In this document: positions 1 through 9,283 of the stretch, in pieces
How the letters are laid out: the number at the start of each line of letters is the position of its first letter
Numbering within the stretch: position 1 is the first letter of the stretch
Assembly: GCA_049322675.1 (NCBI GenBank)
Contig: JBMORM010000025.1
Location: forward strand, 520-64,519
Direction of reading: 5' to 3'
From: Patescibacteria group bacterium
GTDB lineage: Bacteria; Patescibacteriota; JAHJAL01
Length of the DNA stretch: 64,000 bases
Position numbers and translations under genes: made by a program
The notes under the pieces: generated by a model
What the model was told of the DNA's origin: nothing
Databases searched by the model: none
What the model saw: only the letters and a program-made list of their open reading frames with translations

Positions 1-2
1 AT

Positions 3-560
3 CAAAAGTTGATTTTGGCTGTTAATCAAAATAATGAATTGGGGGATGTATTGGTAGATGGTGAACAGTGGTTGTATTCCAGGTTGAATATTTGGAGTAA
101 GCCAATTATTGATGCTGACATGGTTGATCACGAGTTAATAAAGCAATTGAAGGATGATTTTGCCAAATTCATCAAAAAGCAGGGGACAAATTTTTTCGGT
201 TGGGCGCATGGGAATATTACGGGTGATCATGTCATGAAAACAAAGTCAGGTGATATTTTTCTGTTTGACTTGGATGCGGTTGCTAGGTCAGGAAAGGGAT
301 ATTATGATTTTTTGCGGGCTTTGGATTTTATGTTTTTCAAAATAGAAGATGAACAAAAAATTTACGAAAAAATACCGAAATGGATGGATGAATATTTGGG
401 TAGGTTTGATCAGGAAGAGGTAAAAATGGTTTTTGCTTTTCGTAATATTGGAATTTTGGGTTGGGATATTTTGTATAACAAATCGATCGAACAGGAAAAA
501 AATCTAAATAATAATCGCAAGATAAATTGTTTGTTGAATTTTATCAATAGAACTTATTAG
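3..560 (+). CDS. Kinase-like phosphotransferase (APH/choline-kinase fold) family protein, 5'-partial; the ORF is open to the window start
   Basis: The motif HGNITGDHV resembles the kinase catalytic loop HGDxxxxN. The motif LFDLDAVARSGKGYYDF resembles the DFG/DxD region of aminoglycoside phosphotransferase-like kinases. There is no in-frame stop between position 3 and the TTG at position 9. Confidence 0.4.
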   Translation, partial: QKLILAVNQNNELGDVLVDGEQWLYSRLNIWSKPIIDADMVDHELIKQLKDDFAKFIKKQGTNFFGWAHGNITGDHVMKTKSGDIFLFDLDAVARSGKGYYDFLRALDFMFFKIEDEQKIYEKIPKWMDEYLGRFDQEEVKMVFAFRNIGILGWDILYNKSIEQEKNLNNNRKINCLLNFINRTY

Positions 561-575
561 AAAAAAGTAGAGATC

Positions 576-1319
576 ATGTGGTATCAAGCGGTGCAAACAA
601 TCAATATTTTTGGTATTCATCTTCAGGTTTGGGGATTGATGTTGGCAGTGGGAGTGATTTGTGCTTGGTTTCTTTTTGATTACAATCTTTGGTGGCGAGG
701 TATAAAGCATGATTCATCTTGGGTGATGTCTGGAGCGATAATATCGGGTTTGTTGGGTTCGAGGGTTTTTCAGATTATTTTGGATTGGGATTATTATTCA
801 AAAAATTTGAATAAAATTGTGGCGATATGGGAAGGGGGAATGGCATCTTATGGGGCGTATATTTTCTTGTTTGTCTTTTTGTTTTGGTATATTGGAAAGT
901 ATGTGGATCGAAAAACTGATTTTTTGGAAGCTGGTGTAGGACCGATGTTTTTGGCTTTGGCGGTTGCTCGAATCGGTTGTTTTATGATCAATGATCATTT
1001 TGGAAAGACAAGCGGGGTGCCGTGGGCAATTTTGTCTTTGGGAGAGATGCGTCATCCGATTTCTTTATATTATGTTTTGATGGATTTTTCTTTGTTCTTT
1101 TTGGTGTCATATTTGTATTATGTAAAAAAGTGTTATGGCTATCTGTTTTGGTTGATGATTGGACTGTATGCGGTATTGAGATTGACGGTGGATTTGTTGT
1201 GGAAGGATTGGTTGGGAAATGATCCTTCTTTTTATGGTACAATACTGTCCAGCGTTGTCTTTTTCTTGATTTCTCTAGTTATGATTTGGAGAAAGACAAA
1301 TAAGAAAACAATATTTTAA
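576..1319 (+). CDS. lgt: Prolipoprotein diacylglyceryl transferase
   Basis: It is a polytopic membrane protein. It carries the Lgt signature G-x-x-G-R-x-G-x-F-x-N as ARIGCFMINDHFG. It also carries the HPISLYY motif, matching the HPTQLYE consensus. Confidence 0.6.
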   Translation: MWYQAVQTINIFGIHLQVWGLMLAVGVICAWFLFDYNLWWRGIKHDSSWVMSGAIISGLLGSRVFQIILDWDYYSKNLNKIVAIWEGGMASYGAYIFLFVFLFWYIGKYVDRKTDFLEAGVGPMFLALAVARIGCFMINDHFGKTSGVPWAILSLGEMRHPISLYYVLMDFSLFFLVSYLYYVKKCYGYLFWLMIGLYAVLRLTVDLLWKDWLGNDPSFYGTILSSVVFFLISLVMIWRKTNKKTIF

Positions 1320-1389
1320 TCGAAATTTAATCTTTTTCTTATATCTTTAAGGTGGGCTAAAATAGTACCGTCTTATTTTTTTATCATTT

Positions 1390-2061
1390 ATGAAAATATT
1401 AATTATCGAGGATGAAAAGAGAATAACCAGTTTTATCAAGAAAGGATTGGGTTACGAAGGATATGTGGTAGAAGAAGCATATGATGGAAAAAGTGGCTTA
1501 AATAAAGGCAAAGATAATAGTGTCGATTTGATTATTCTGGATTTGATGTTACCAAAAATGGATGGTATAGAAGTTTGTCGTAGTTTGAGAGAGGAGGGGA
1601 TAAAGACGCCAATTATTATGTTGACGGCCAAGGATAGTATAGATGATAAGGTGAAAGGCTTAGATGTGGGAGCCGATGATTATTTGGTAAAACCGTTTGC
1701 TTTCAAAGAATTATTGGCACGGGTCAGATCTTTGTTGAGAAGGGGTAAAACTGAGAAGCCTATATTGTTGAAGATTGGTGATTTGGAGTTGAATCCTTCC
1801 AGTCGAGAAGTCTCACGAGAAGGAAAATATATCCTATTGAGTAAGAAAGAGTATAGTTTGTTGGAGTATTTAATGCGTAACCCAAATCAGGTACTGACCA
1901 GGACGATGATTTCGGAGCATGTATGGGATTATGATTTTGATAGTTTTACTAATACGATCGATGTGTATATTCGTTATTTGCGTAAAAAAGTGGATGATCC
2001 GTTTTCCAAGAAGTTGATCAAGACTATCAGAGGAGTGGGTTACAAAATAAGTGAAAGCTGA
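1390..2061 (+). CDS. OmpR-family response regulator (REC plus winged-helix)
   Basis: MKILIIEDE and DLIILDLMLPKMDG mark the receiver domain and its phospho-Asp site. The C-terminal winged-helix motif is VGYKI. Confidence 0.9.
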   Translation: MKILIIEDEKRITSFIKKGLGYEGYVVEEAYDGKSGLNKGKDNSVDLIILDLMLPKMDGIEVCRSLREEGIKTPIIMLTAKDSIDDKVKGLDVGADDYLVKPFAFKELLARVRSLLRRGKTEKPILLKIGDLELNPSSREVSREGKYILLSKKEYSLLEYLMRNPNQVLTRTMISEHVWDYDFDSFTNTIDVYIRYLRKKVDDPFSKKLIKTIRGVGYKISES

Positions 2062-3992
2062 TGTTAAAAAAAACGGCACTAAAATTTCAATCTGACACTT
2101 TGTCATGTGATGCCTGTCCGATGTTGGTTGGTTTGATCAACTGGTTCAACGCTGGTTTTTTGGTAGTGGACTTGAACTATAATATCGTTTTTGCCAATCA
2201 GTACTTTTTGGTTTTATGGAAGAAGAAAATTGAAGAAATAAGGGGAAAGAATTTGTTTTCTGCTGGTAAGGGATTTTTTGATTTGGAGAAGATGCGTGAT
2301 TTGTTTTCGGTTGTGATGAGAAAAAAATCTGTTCAAGCTGATTACTGGGTGTCTTCCAAAAAGCAAAATGAAGTAGATATTTTTGTATATCCATTTTTTG
2401 ATATGTCAGAAAATGTTATTGGTTATGTGGTAATGAGTAGAACAGCAGCCAAGATTTCTGATTTGTTGTTTAGCGATTATAAAATTGATATTTTTATCAG
2501 GTATATTTTTGGTGTTATGAATGAGGGAGCAACTGTGATAGACAATAATGGTTGTTTGGAATATGCCAATCAGAGATTTTATGATCTATTGGGATATAGA
2601 TCGGAAGAACTAGTAGGAAGGCACTGGACTTATTGGTGTGATGAAAATTATTTGTATGAAGAGAAAAATAGAAAGATTTTGAAGGGAGGTTATGTTGATA
2701 GGGGAGTGTTTAAATATAATATAAAGTTAAAACATAAAAATGGACGAAAAATTCCGGTTTTTTTGGCGGTAAGCAAAAACGTGGATCGTGATCTTGATAT
2801 AAAATCGATCGGAGTTATAACTGATATTTCCGATAAGTTGAAATTGGAGAGTGATTTTCAAAAGATGAATAGTTTAAACAAAAGGGTATTAGAGACGATT
2901 GCGACGGGAATAATTACTTTGGATAAAAATTTGAAAGTGAGTTCGATTAATAATCAAGTGGAAGTTTTGTTTGGAAAAAAAATTAACATGGTTCGAGGTT
3001 TGGATTTGAGGGATGCGTTTCCAAATATTGCAATTTTGGCTGAATGGTCGAATTGGGTTATTCGTACTTTGAGACCTTATCATGTAGATCGATATAAACT
3101 GGCAGAGCCGATTGATAATAAAATGTTATTTATTAATGTGAGAATAAATCCATTTTTTGAACAAGATGGTCTGGTTTCAGGTGTGGTTTGTGCTTTTGAT
3201 GATGTAAGTATGAGTGCAAAGTTGGAAGAGCAGATTGAAATTTCTTATCGCAATTTGGAGATTGCTCACAACAAGTTGTCATTGTTACTTAAAAGACAGA
3301 CTGATTTTTTGGCCGATGTTTCGCATGAGTTGCGTACCCCATTGACGGTTATTTCTGGGAATGTGGAGGTGGTTTTGCAGGACAGAAAAACAGACAAAAA
3401 AGAATATGTCAGTGTATTAAAATTGGTTGAAAACGAGTCTAGGAGGATGAAAAGAATGGTTGAGGATTTGACGATGTTGACAAAGTTGGAAAGTGGACAG
3501 ATAGGTTTGCGATATAGTGAGTTTTGGGTTGAGGATTTGATTGAGGATATGATGCGAAAATTGAAATATATTGATCATAGTGGAAAGATGGTTAAATTCA
3601 CTAAAGTAGAAAATCTTTTGGTGGTGGCTGATTTGGAGAAAACTCAAGCTTTGTTGTGGAATATCATTGAGAATAGTTTGAAATATACCAAAGCAAATGG
3701 TCTGATTGTCGTTAGAATATATCGGAGTGCAAAAAAAAGGAGAGAATTGGTAATTGAGGTCGCGGATAATGGAATAGGAATTCCGAAAGAACAGATAGAT
3801 TTTATTTTTGATCGTTTTTATCGTGTGGATAAGTCAAGAAGTCGGGTTAGAGGTGGTTCTGGTTTGGGTTTGGCGATATGCAAATGGATCGCGACCGCAC
3901 ATAAGGGCGAGATAAAAGCGAAAAGTGTGTTGGGTAAGGGTTCAACTTTTATAGTTAGAATGCCTGTTTTGAAGAATGTGATTAAAGATTAA
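2061..3992 (+). CDS. Sensor histidine kinase with PAS domains
   Basis: Its start overlaps the response-regulator stop (ATGA). The H-box is SHELRTPLT. The HATPase_c motifs are DNGIGIP and GGSGLGLAI. PAS-like segments are present in the N-terminal two thirds. Confidence 0.85.
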   Translation: MLKKTALKFQSDTLSCDACPMLVGLINWFNAGFLVVDLNYNIVFANQYFLVLWKKKIEEIRGKNLFSAGKGFFDLEKMRDLFSVVMRKKSVQADYWVSSKKQNEVDIFVYPFFDMSENVIGYVVMSRTAAKISDLLFSDYKIDIFIRYIFGVMNEGATVIDNNGCLEYANQRFYDLLGYRSEELVGRHWTYWCDENYLYEEKNRKILKGGYVDRGVFKYNIKLKHKNGRKIPVFLAVSKNVDRDLDIKSIGVITDISDKLKLESDFQKMNSLNKRVLETIATGIITLDKNLKVSSINNQVEVLFGKKINMVRGLDLRDAFPNIAILAEWSNWVIRTLRPYHVDRYKLAEPIDNKMLFINVRINPFFEQDGLVSGVVCAFDDVSMSAKLEEQIEISYRNLEIAHNKLSLLLKRQTDFLADVSHELRTPLTVISGNVEVVLQDRKTDKKEYVSVLKLVENESRRMKRMVEDLTMLTKLESGQIGLRYSEFWVEDLIEDMMRKLKYIDHSGKMVKFTKVENLLVVADLEKTQALLWNIIENSLKYTKANGLIVVRIYRSAKKRRELVIEVADNGIGIPKEQIDFIFDRFYRVDKSRSRVRGGSGLGLAICKWIATAHKGEIKAKSVLGKGSTFIVRMPVLKNVIKD

Positions 3993-4078
3993 AATGCTTT
4001 TAATAATACTTTCATCTTTGCTTTAATAAGAATCTTTTATTGTGTAAGTAGAAGATTTTTTTAGATGGAGGTGTAAGT

Positions 4079-4531
4079 ATGAGCGCAATAAAGTATGGCA
4101 CAAGCAAAAAAATGGGAAGAATTTCTGAAAGATTGCAGTTTTCATTTAGAAAATATCGTGATGCAGAAGGAAGGTTAAAGGAATTGGTAAAGTTGGGTCG
4201 TTCCATTTTAGAAACAGCGGAGTATTCGGAAGCAAAAATGGAGGTTTTGTACTGGCAGAAAAGAATTTCGGAATTAAGGAAGATGATCGGAAAAAAAGCG
4301 GTGGCAAAGAATGAGTCGAAAGTTGGTTTGGGCTCAACGGTTATGGTGAAGTTTGGTTCTCTGAGCAAAGAATATACGATTGTGACTTCTTTGGAAGCTG
4401 ATCCAGCCAATGGGTTTATTTCCAACGAGTCTCCTTTGGGTCGTGCTTTGTTAAATAAATCGAGTAGTGAGAGCGTTTCGGTTAAGACCCCTTCCGGTGA
4501 TTATGTATATTCGATTCTGGGAGTAGCCTAA
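4079..4531 (+). CDS. greA: Transcription elongation factor GreA
   Basis: The protein is about 150 aa. The C-terminal FKBP-like domain pattern is SxxSPLGRALLxK...V. A GGAGGTG ribosome-binding site lies upstream. Confidence 0.8.
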   Translation: MSAIKYGTSKKMGRISERLQFSFRKYRDAEGRLKELVKLGRSILETAEYSEAKMEVLYWQKRISELRKMIGKKAVAKNESKVGLGSTVMVKFGSLSKEYTIVTSLEADPANGFISNESPLGRALLNKSSSESVSVKTPSGDYVYSILGVA

Positions 4532-4556
4532 AAGAAGAGAAATGTGAATAAAAAAT

Positions 4557-4590
4557 AGGCCTGCCAAAATAATTTTGCAGGCTTTTTTTA
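4557..4590 (+). terminator. Rho-independent terminator after greA
   Basis: GCCTGC(C)AAAAT / ATTTTGCAGGC forms a hairpin. It is followed by a T6 run. Confidence 0.7.
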
Positions 4591-4622
4591 TTGTTTGGAG
4601 TTTTCTTTGCTAAAATATACGT

Positions 4623-6002
4623 ATGAGATATTATTTGGCCGTTTGGCTGGGAAAAATTTTGGTATTTTGTTTGGGTTTTTTTCGACGTGGTGGGACATCT
4701 TTACCTGGGTTGATTGCTAGGACAATTGAACCGGAGATTTTGTATAAATTTTGTCGACAATTACGCTTGGGTACGATTGTAGTCACAGGTACCAACGGCA
4801 AAACTACCACTTCTAGATTAATAAAAAAGATTTTGGAAACAGGAGGTTATAATATTGTTTGCAATGGCGAGGGATCAAATTTGGAAAGGGGTTTAATATC
4901 TAGTTTGATTAAAGAGTGCGATTGGTCGGGAAAAGTTGATTATGATATTGGTGTTTTTGAGGTTGACGAGGCCGATTTGAAAAACATTATGCCGAAATTG
5001 TTTTGTCGTCAGTTGGTTGTAACCAATTTTTTTCGGGATCAATTGGATAGATTTGGAGAGTTGAATCATTTGAAGATGATAGTCAAACAAGCAATATCTG
5101 AGATGCCGGCAGGAAGTAATCTGATTTTGAATGCAGATGATCCTTTTGTGGGAAGTTTAGGCAAAGATGTGAGTGGATTGAATGTTCGTTATTTTGGTTT
5201 AAACATCGCTGATCGAGCGGTTAAAGGAGAAAGTGTTGATGTCACCGAATGTCAGGTTTGTGGAGAAAGTTTGTTTTATGAAAAGAGATATTTGGCGCAT
5301 GTAGGAAAATACTATTGTCGAAAATGTGGATTTAAGCGGCCGGATCTTGATTGGGAAACAAGTCAGTATCAAGGTTTTGGGGTCGATGGAATGGAGATCA
5401 AAGTGGGAAATCAAAAATGGGGTGAGTTTGACTTGAAACTCAATCTACCCGGTTTTTTTAATGTTTATAATGTTTTGGCGGCGTTGGCAGTGGTATCGGA
5501 ATTGGAGCTGGAAAGAGATCAGGCGATTGACGCAATCAATAAATTTAATCCTGTTTTTGGCCGCTTTGAGAAGGTTATGTTGGACAATTTAAAGCTGGTT
5601 TTGATGTTGGCGAAAAATCCTACCGGTTTTAACGAATTGATTAAAACTATTTTGGAAAATGAGTCAAAAGTAAAATTATTGGTAATATTAAATGACAATT
5701 ATGCTGATGGTCGTGATATTTCGTGGATTTGGGATGTCAATTTTGAGTGGTTTGAAAATCGTATAGAGTGGGCTTGTTTATCTGGACTTCGTAGTTACGA
5801 ATTGTTGTTGAGATTCAAATATGCGGGAGCGGATTTGGATGTGGTTGGAGTCGAAGAAAACTATGACAAAATTTTGAGCGATTTTATTGATTTAAAAGAT
5901 CGTGGCAATATTTATGTCTTGGCAACATATACTGGCATGCTTGATTTTAGAAAGAAGATAACTAATAGGGGATTATTAGCTGATTTTTGGGTGGAGCAAT
6001 AA
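4623..6002 (+). CDS. murT: Lipid II isoglutaminyl synthase subunit MurT (Mur-ligase family with DUF1727)
   Basis: It has a Mur-ligase P-loop, VVTGTNGKTTTS. It has a Cys4 ribbon, CQVCG...CRKCG. It has a C-terminal DUF1727-like block, AKNPTGFNE...ADGRDISWIWDV. It sits immediately upstream of a CobQ-like amidotransferase. Confidence 0.75.
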   Translation: MRYYLAVWLGKILVFCLGFFRRGGTSLPGLIARTIEPEILYKFCRQLRLGTIVVTGTNGKTTTSRLIKKILETGGYNIVCNGEGSNLERGLISSLIKECDWSGKVDYDIGVFEVDEADLKNIMPKLFCRQLVVTNFFRDQLDRFGELNHLKMIVKQAISEMPAGSNLILNADDPFVGSLGKDVSGLNVRYFGLNIADRAVKGESVDVTECQVCGESLFYEKRYLAHVGKYYCRKCGFKRPDLDWETSQYQGFGVDGMEIKVGNQKWGEFDLKLNLPGFFNVYNVLAALAVVSELELERDQAIDAINKFNPVFGRFEKVMLDNLKLVLMLAKNPTGFNELIKTILENESKVKLLVILNDNYADGRDISWIWDVNFEWFENRIEWACLSGLRSYELLLRFKYAGADLDVVGVEENYDKILSDFIDLKDRGNIYVLATYTGMLDFRKKITNRGLLADFWVEQ

Positions 6003-6005
6003 AAT

Positions 6006-6779
6006 ATGGATCAAGATTTTATTAAAATATGTTTTTTGTATAGCCGATCGATGAATATTTATGGTGATCGAGGCAATATATTATGTTTACAGCAACGGGC
6101 TAAATGGAGACAAAAAAAAGTAGAAATTTTGGAGTATAATATAGGGGATAGCAGTTTTAATTTTAGTGATATTGATTTATTTTTTTTCGGTGGGGGGCAA
6201 GATGTTCAACAATTGGAAGTAGCTGAAGATTTACAAAAAATTGGTAAGAAGGTTTTGATTCAGTTACGTCAAAAAAAAGCGGCGATGTTAGCAATATGTG
6301 GAGGAATGCAGTTGATGGCTGAGTATTATCAAACGGCGGAGGGGCGAAAGATGAAGGGTTTGGGTTTTTTTGCGGCTTATACTGTGGCAGGCAATAAACG
6401 TCAGATTGGTAATGTGGTAATAGATTCTGAATTATTTGGTCGAGTGGTTGGTTTTGAGAATCATAGTGGGCAAACATTTGTCGATTGGAAAAAAAATTTT
6501 CCTTTAGGCAAGGTGGTAATTGGTTCTGGAAATAATGGTCAGGATGGTTTTGAAGGGATTATTTATCTAAATTCGATTGGCAGCTACTTGCATGGTAGTT
6601 TGCTTCCCAAAAATCCACGCGTTGCCGATTGGTTGTTGCAAAAGGCTTTTGAACGTCGTTATGGAGATTATCAGTTGACCGAACTGAATGATATAGTCGA
6701 AAATGAGGCGGCGGAAAGAGCAGAAAAAAATGCAATGAAAGTTGATAGGGTGACCAATATAAGTTCAAAATACAAATAA
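6006..6779 (+). CDS. gatD: Glutamine amidotransferase GatD (CobB/CobQ-like), partner of MurT
   Basis: The FFGGGQD and AICGGMQLM motifs match the class-I amidotransferase nucleophile elbow. There is a 4-nt gap after murT, consistent with an operon. Confidence 0.7.
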   Translation: MDQDFIKICFLYSRSMNIYGDRGNILCLQQRAKWRQKKVEILEYNIGDSSFNFSDIDLFFFGGGQDVQQLEVAEDLQKIGKKVLIQLRQKKAAMLAICGGMQLMAEYYQTAEGRKMKGLGFFAAYTVAGNKRQIGNVVIDSELFGRVVGFENHSGQTFVDWKKNFPLGKVVIGSGNNGQDGFEGIIYLNSIGSYLHGSLLPKNPRVADWLLQKAFERRYGDYQLTELNDIVENEAAERAEKNAMKVDRVTNISSKYK

Positions 6780-6794
6780 TTTTAACTTTAAAAA

Positions 6795-7646
6795 ATGAAA
6801 GAAAAACTAATTATAATAGGCGTAGGGATTGTTTTGTTGGTTTTATTGGGTGTTGGTATCTATTATTTTTGGCCACGTGATTCCAAACCGGTGAATACAG
6901 AATTGTTGGCTTGTAATCAAGTTTGTACGGAAGGTAAAAATTGTCAGAGCGGATTTTGTGCAGAGGGAGTGTGTCGAGAAAAGAATTGTTCCCAGGAAAA
7001 AGATTGTCAGTGCAAGACTAAACCGTTGGTGGTGGGAGATTTTGCTGAGAATTTTTTTGATGGTAAGATTGATGATTTTTGGCATTGGAATAATGCGGAA
7101 AAATCAGAAAGTAGCTATGACGTGGATAACATTAAAGAAGAGATGGTGATTACAGCGGCTGGCGATACCAGCCAATGGTCAGCGTCAGATACTGCTCCTA
7201 CAATGTATTTTTTATCATCGGATAACTTTGAATTGGAAGTTGAATATGATTTTGATCCGAGGTTTGATTTTCAACATGCTGGTATAGGTGTCAGAGATAG
7301 TCAAAGTGGCGATTGGATTCGGGTTTCTCGTTCTTATGATACGCATTCTTTACAGAATGAGTATGATCAACCGAATTCTTTGTATTTGATGGAAAGGAAG
7401 GAAAAAACAATATTAAAATATGATCATGTCAATTTTTATGATACGAAAGTATATTTGCGCATGAAACGAAATATGGGAAGTATTAGTTTTGAATATAGTC
7501 GTGATGGGAAAAAGTGGTCAAATCTTGGTAAGGCGGAGAATGCTAATCTTAATGATGAGGTGGAAGTATATCTTTTCGCGTATTCTACCAATCCTAATCC
7601 GGCGAAAGTAGCTTTCAAAAATATAGTTTATACTATTGAAAACTAA
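6795..7646 (+). CDS. Membrane-anchored extracytoplasmic protein: Cys-rich stalk plus concanavalin-A-like/DUF1349-like beta-sandwich domain
   Basis: It has an N-terminal TM helix. There are 9 Cys in about 40 aa, CNQVCTEGKNCQSGFCAEGVCREKNCSQEKDCQC. The C-terminal roughly 200 aa follow a ConA/LamG-like pattern: W.W, DFE, LRMKR...FEYSRDGKKW. Confidence 0.45.
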   Translation: MKEKLIIIGVGIVLLVLLGVGIYYFWPRDSKPVNTELLACNQVCTEGKNCQSGFCAEGVCREKNCSQEKDCQCKTKPLVVGDFAENFFDGKIDDFWHWNNAEKSESSYDVDNIKEEMVITAAGDTSQWSASDTAPTMYFLSSDNFELEVEYDFDPRFDFQHAGIGVRDSQSGDWIRVSRSYDTHSLQNEYDQPNSLYLMERKEKTILKYDHVNFYDTKVYLRMKRNMGSISFEYSRDGKKWSNLGKAENANLNDEVEVYLFAYSTNPNPAKVAFKNIVYTIEN

Positions 7647-7706
7647 ATTATTAGGAAAAGAGGAGGGCTGAGAGATTTATTGGTGTGTTAACTCGGCGGG
7701 TTAAAT

Positions 7707-9275
7707 ATGGCTAAATTGGTATTGTATCGAAAATATCGTTCGCAAAATTTGGAAGAGATTATTGGTCAAGATAATATCGTCCAGACAGTTAGACAGGCAA
7801 TTTTGTCTGATCAGGTTGGCCATGCGTATTTGTTGGCTGGTCCACGGGGAGTGGGAAAAACTTCTTTGGCTAGGATTTTGTCGCGGGCAATAAATTGCTT
7901 GAATTTGGATGAGCGTGGTAATCCGTGCAATAAATGCGAGGTGTGTTTGTCTTTTATTGAACAGTCAAGTATGGACTTGATTGAAGTTGATGCTGCTTCT
8001 CATCGAGGAATTGATGATATTAGATTCTTACAAGAAGGATCGTCTTTTGTTCCGGTGATGGCGAGAAAAAAAGTCTTTATAATCGACGAAGTTCATATGT
8101 TGACCAAAGAAGCGTTCAATGCTCTATTGAAAACTTTGGAAGAACCGCCTGAGCATTTGCTTTTTGTATTGGCAACGACGGAGATTGATCGAGTTCCAGA
8201 GACGGTTTTGTCCAGATGCCAGATTTTTATGTTCAATAGGATTTCGACGGAGGTTTTGGCTAAACATCTGATTAATATTGTGGAAAAAGAGAAAAGGGAA
8301 ATTGATATCGAAGCGGCAGAGTTGATTGCTCGGTTGGCGGATGGTGGTGGACGCGATGCTTTAGGGATGTTGGAACAGGTTTTGTTGTTTTCCAAAGATA
8401 AAATATCTGTGTCGATCGTGGAAGATGTTTTGGGTTTGATTAGTGAAAAATTACTATCAAATATTGTCTTGATGCTGTTGAAACGAGAGGACTTAGCAAA
8501 AATTTTGGATTATTATTTTAGAGAGATTTATACTAAGGGTGTGGATGTGTTTCGGTTGATGCATGATTTGCAAAAATACGTTCGTGATTTGATTCTAAAA
8601 AAATATTCGTTGGAAGGATTAAATAATGAGTATATTTGGTTAAAGGACGTGTCTTTGTCAGATTTAGTTTTGATTTTGGAAGTATTGGAAGAAGTTTTGA
8701 AGAAAAAATTTGATATTGATTCTGTTTATTTTGAATTGTTTGTTTACAAAATAGATATTGTCTTTTCACAAAGAAAAAACTTGAATGATGGAGTCGTCAG
8801 GGAAAAGAAATTGGAAATAACAGACCAAACGGCTGAAAAAAAAACGTTTGAAAATGAAAATAAGGTAGATGAATCAGATAAAGTAATTTCCGAAGTTGGT
8901 AGTTTGCAACTTAGTTTTGAACAGTGGCAAAATATTGTTTTGGAGTTAAATAGTGTTAAACCGGTTGTAGGTTCAATTTTAAAAATGTCGCGCTTTATTG
9001 GTCAAAGTGGTAATAAGATTTCCATAGAAGTTCCGTTTTTATTGCATAAGGATCAACTGTTGTCTTCGGAAAATTATTTGGCTTGGGAAGAAGCTTCTAA
9101 AAAGGTTGTTGGATGTATTTGCGGATTGGAATGTTCAGTGAATTCTCAGCTAAAGAATAATCAAGAAAAGAGAGCAGCAATGGAAAATGATATTCAACAA
9201 AAGATTAATAAGGAATTGGGACTGGATTTGGTTAAAGATGTTTTAGAAGTGTTTGGAGGTAGGATTATAAATTAG
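7707..9275 (+). CDS. dnaX: DNA polymerase III subunit tau/gamma
   Basis: It has an AAA+ Walker A, GPRGVGKTS. It has a Zn module, CxxCxxC. An internal A9 run lies at 8836..8844. Confidence 0.9.
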   Translation: MAKLVLYRKYRSQNLEEIIGQDNIVQTVRQAILSDQVGHAYLLAGPRGVGKTSLARILSRAINCLNLDERGNPCNKCEVCLSFIEQSSMDLIEVDAASHRGIDDIRFLQEGSSFVPVMARKKVFIIDEVHMLTKEAFNALLKTLEEPPEHLLFVLATTEIDRVPETVLSRCQIFMFNRISTEVLAKHLINIVEKEKREIDIEAAELIARLADGGGRDALGMLEQVLLFSKDKISVSIVEDVLGLISEKLLSNIVLMLLKREDLAKILDYYFREIYTKGVDVFRLMHDLQKYVRDLILKKYSLEGLNNEYIWLKDVSLSDLVLILEVLEEVLKKKFDIDSVYFELFVYKIDIVFSQRKNLNDGVVREKKLEITDQTAEKKTFENENKVDESDKVISEVGSLQLSFEQWQNIVLELNSVKPVVGSILKMSRFIGQSGNKISIEVPFLLHKDQLLSSENYLAWEEASKKVVGCICGLECSVNSQLKNNQEKRAAMENDIQQKINKELGLDLVKDVLEVFGGRIIN

Positions 9276-9283
9276 AAAAAAAT

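Noticed and set aside
4012-4425. A 137-aa ORF antisense to greA. Similar long antisense ORFs include 28755..29306, 39674..40336, 25673..26269 and 43802..44353.
   Set aside because: Each lies opposite a well-supported conserved gene, has low-complexity non-protein-like sequence, and is explained by the AT-rich genome having few stop codons on the antisense strand.
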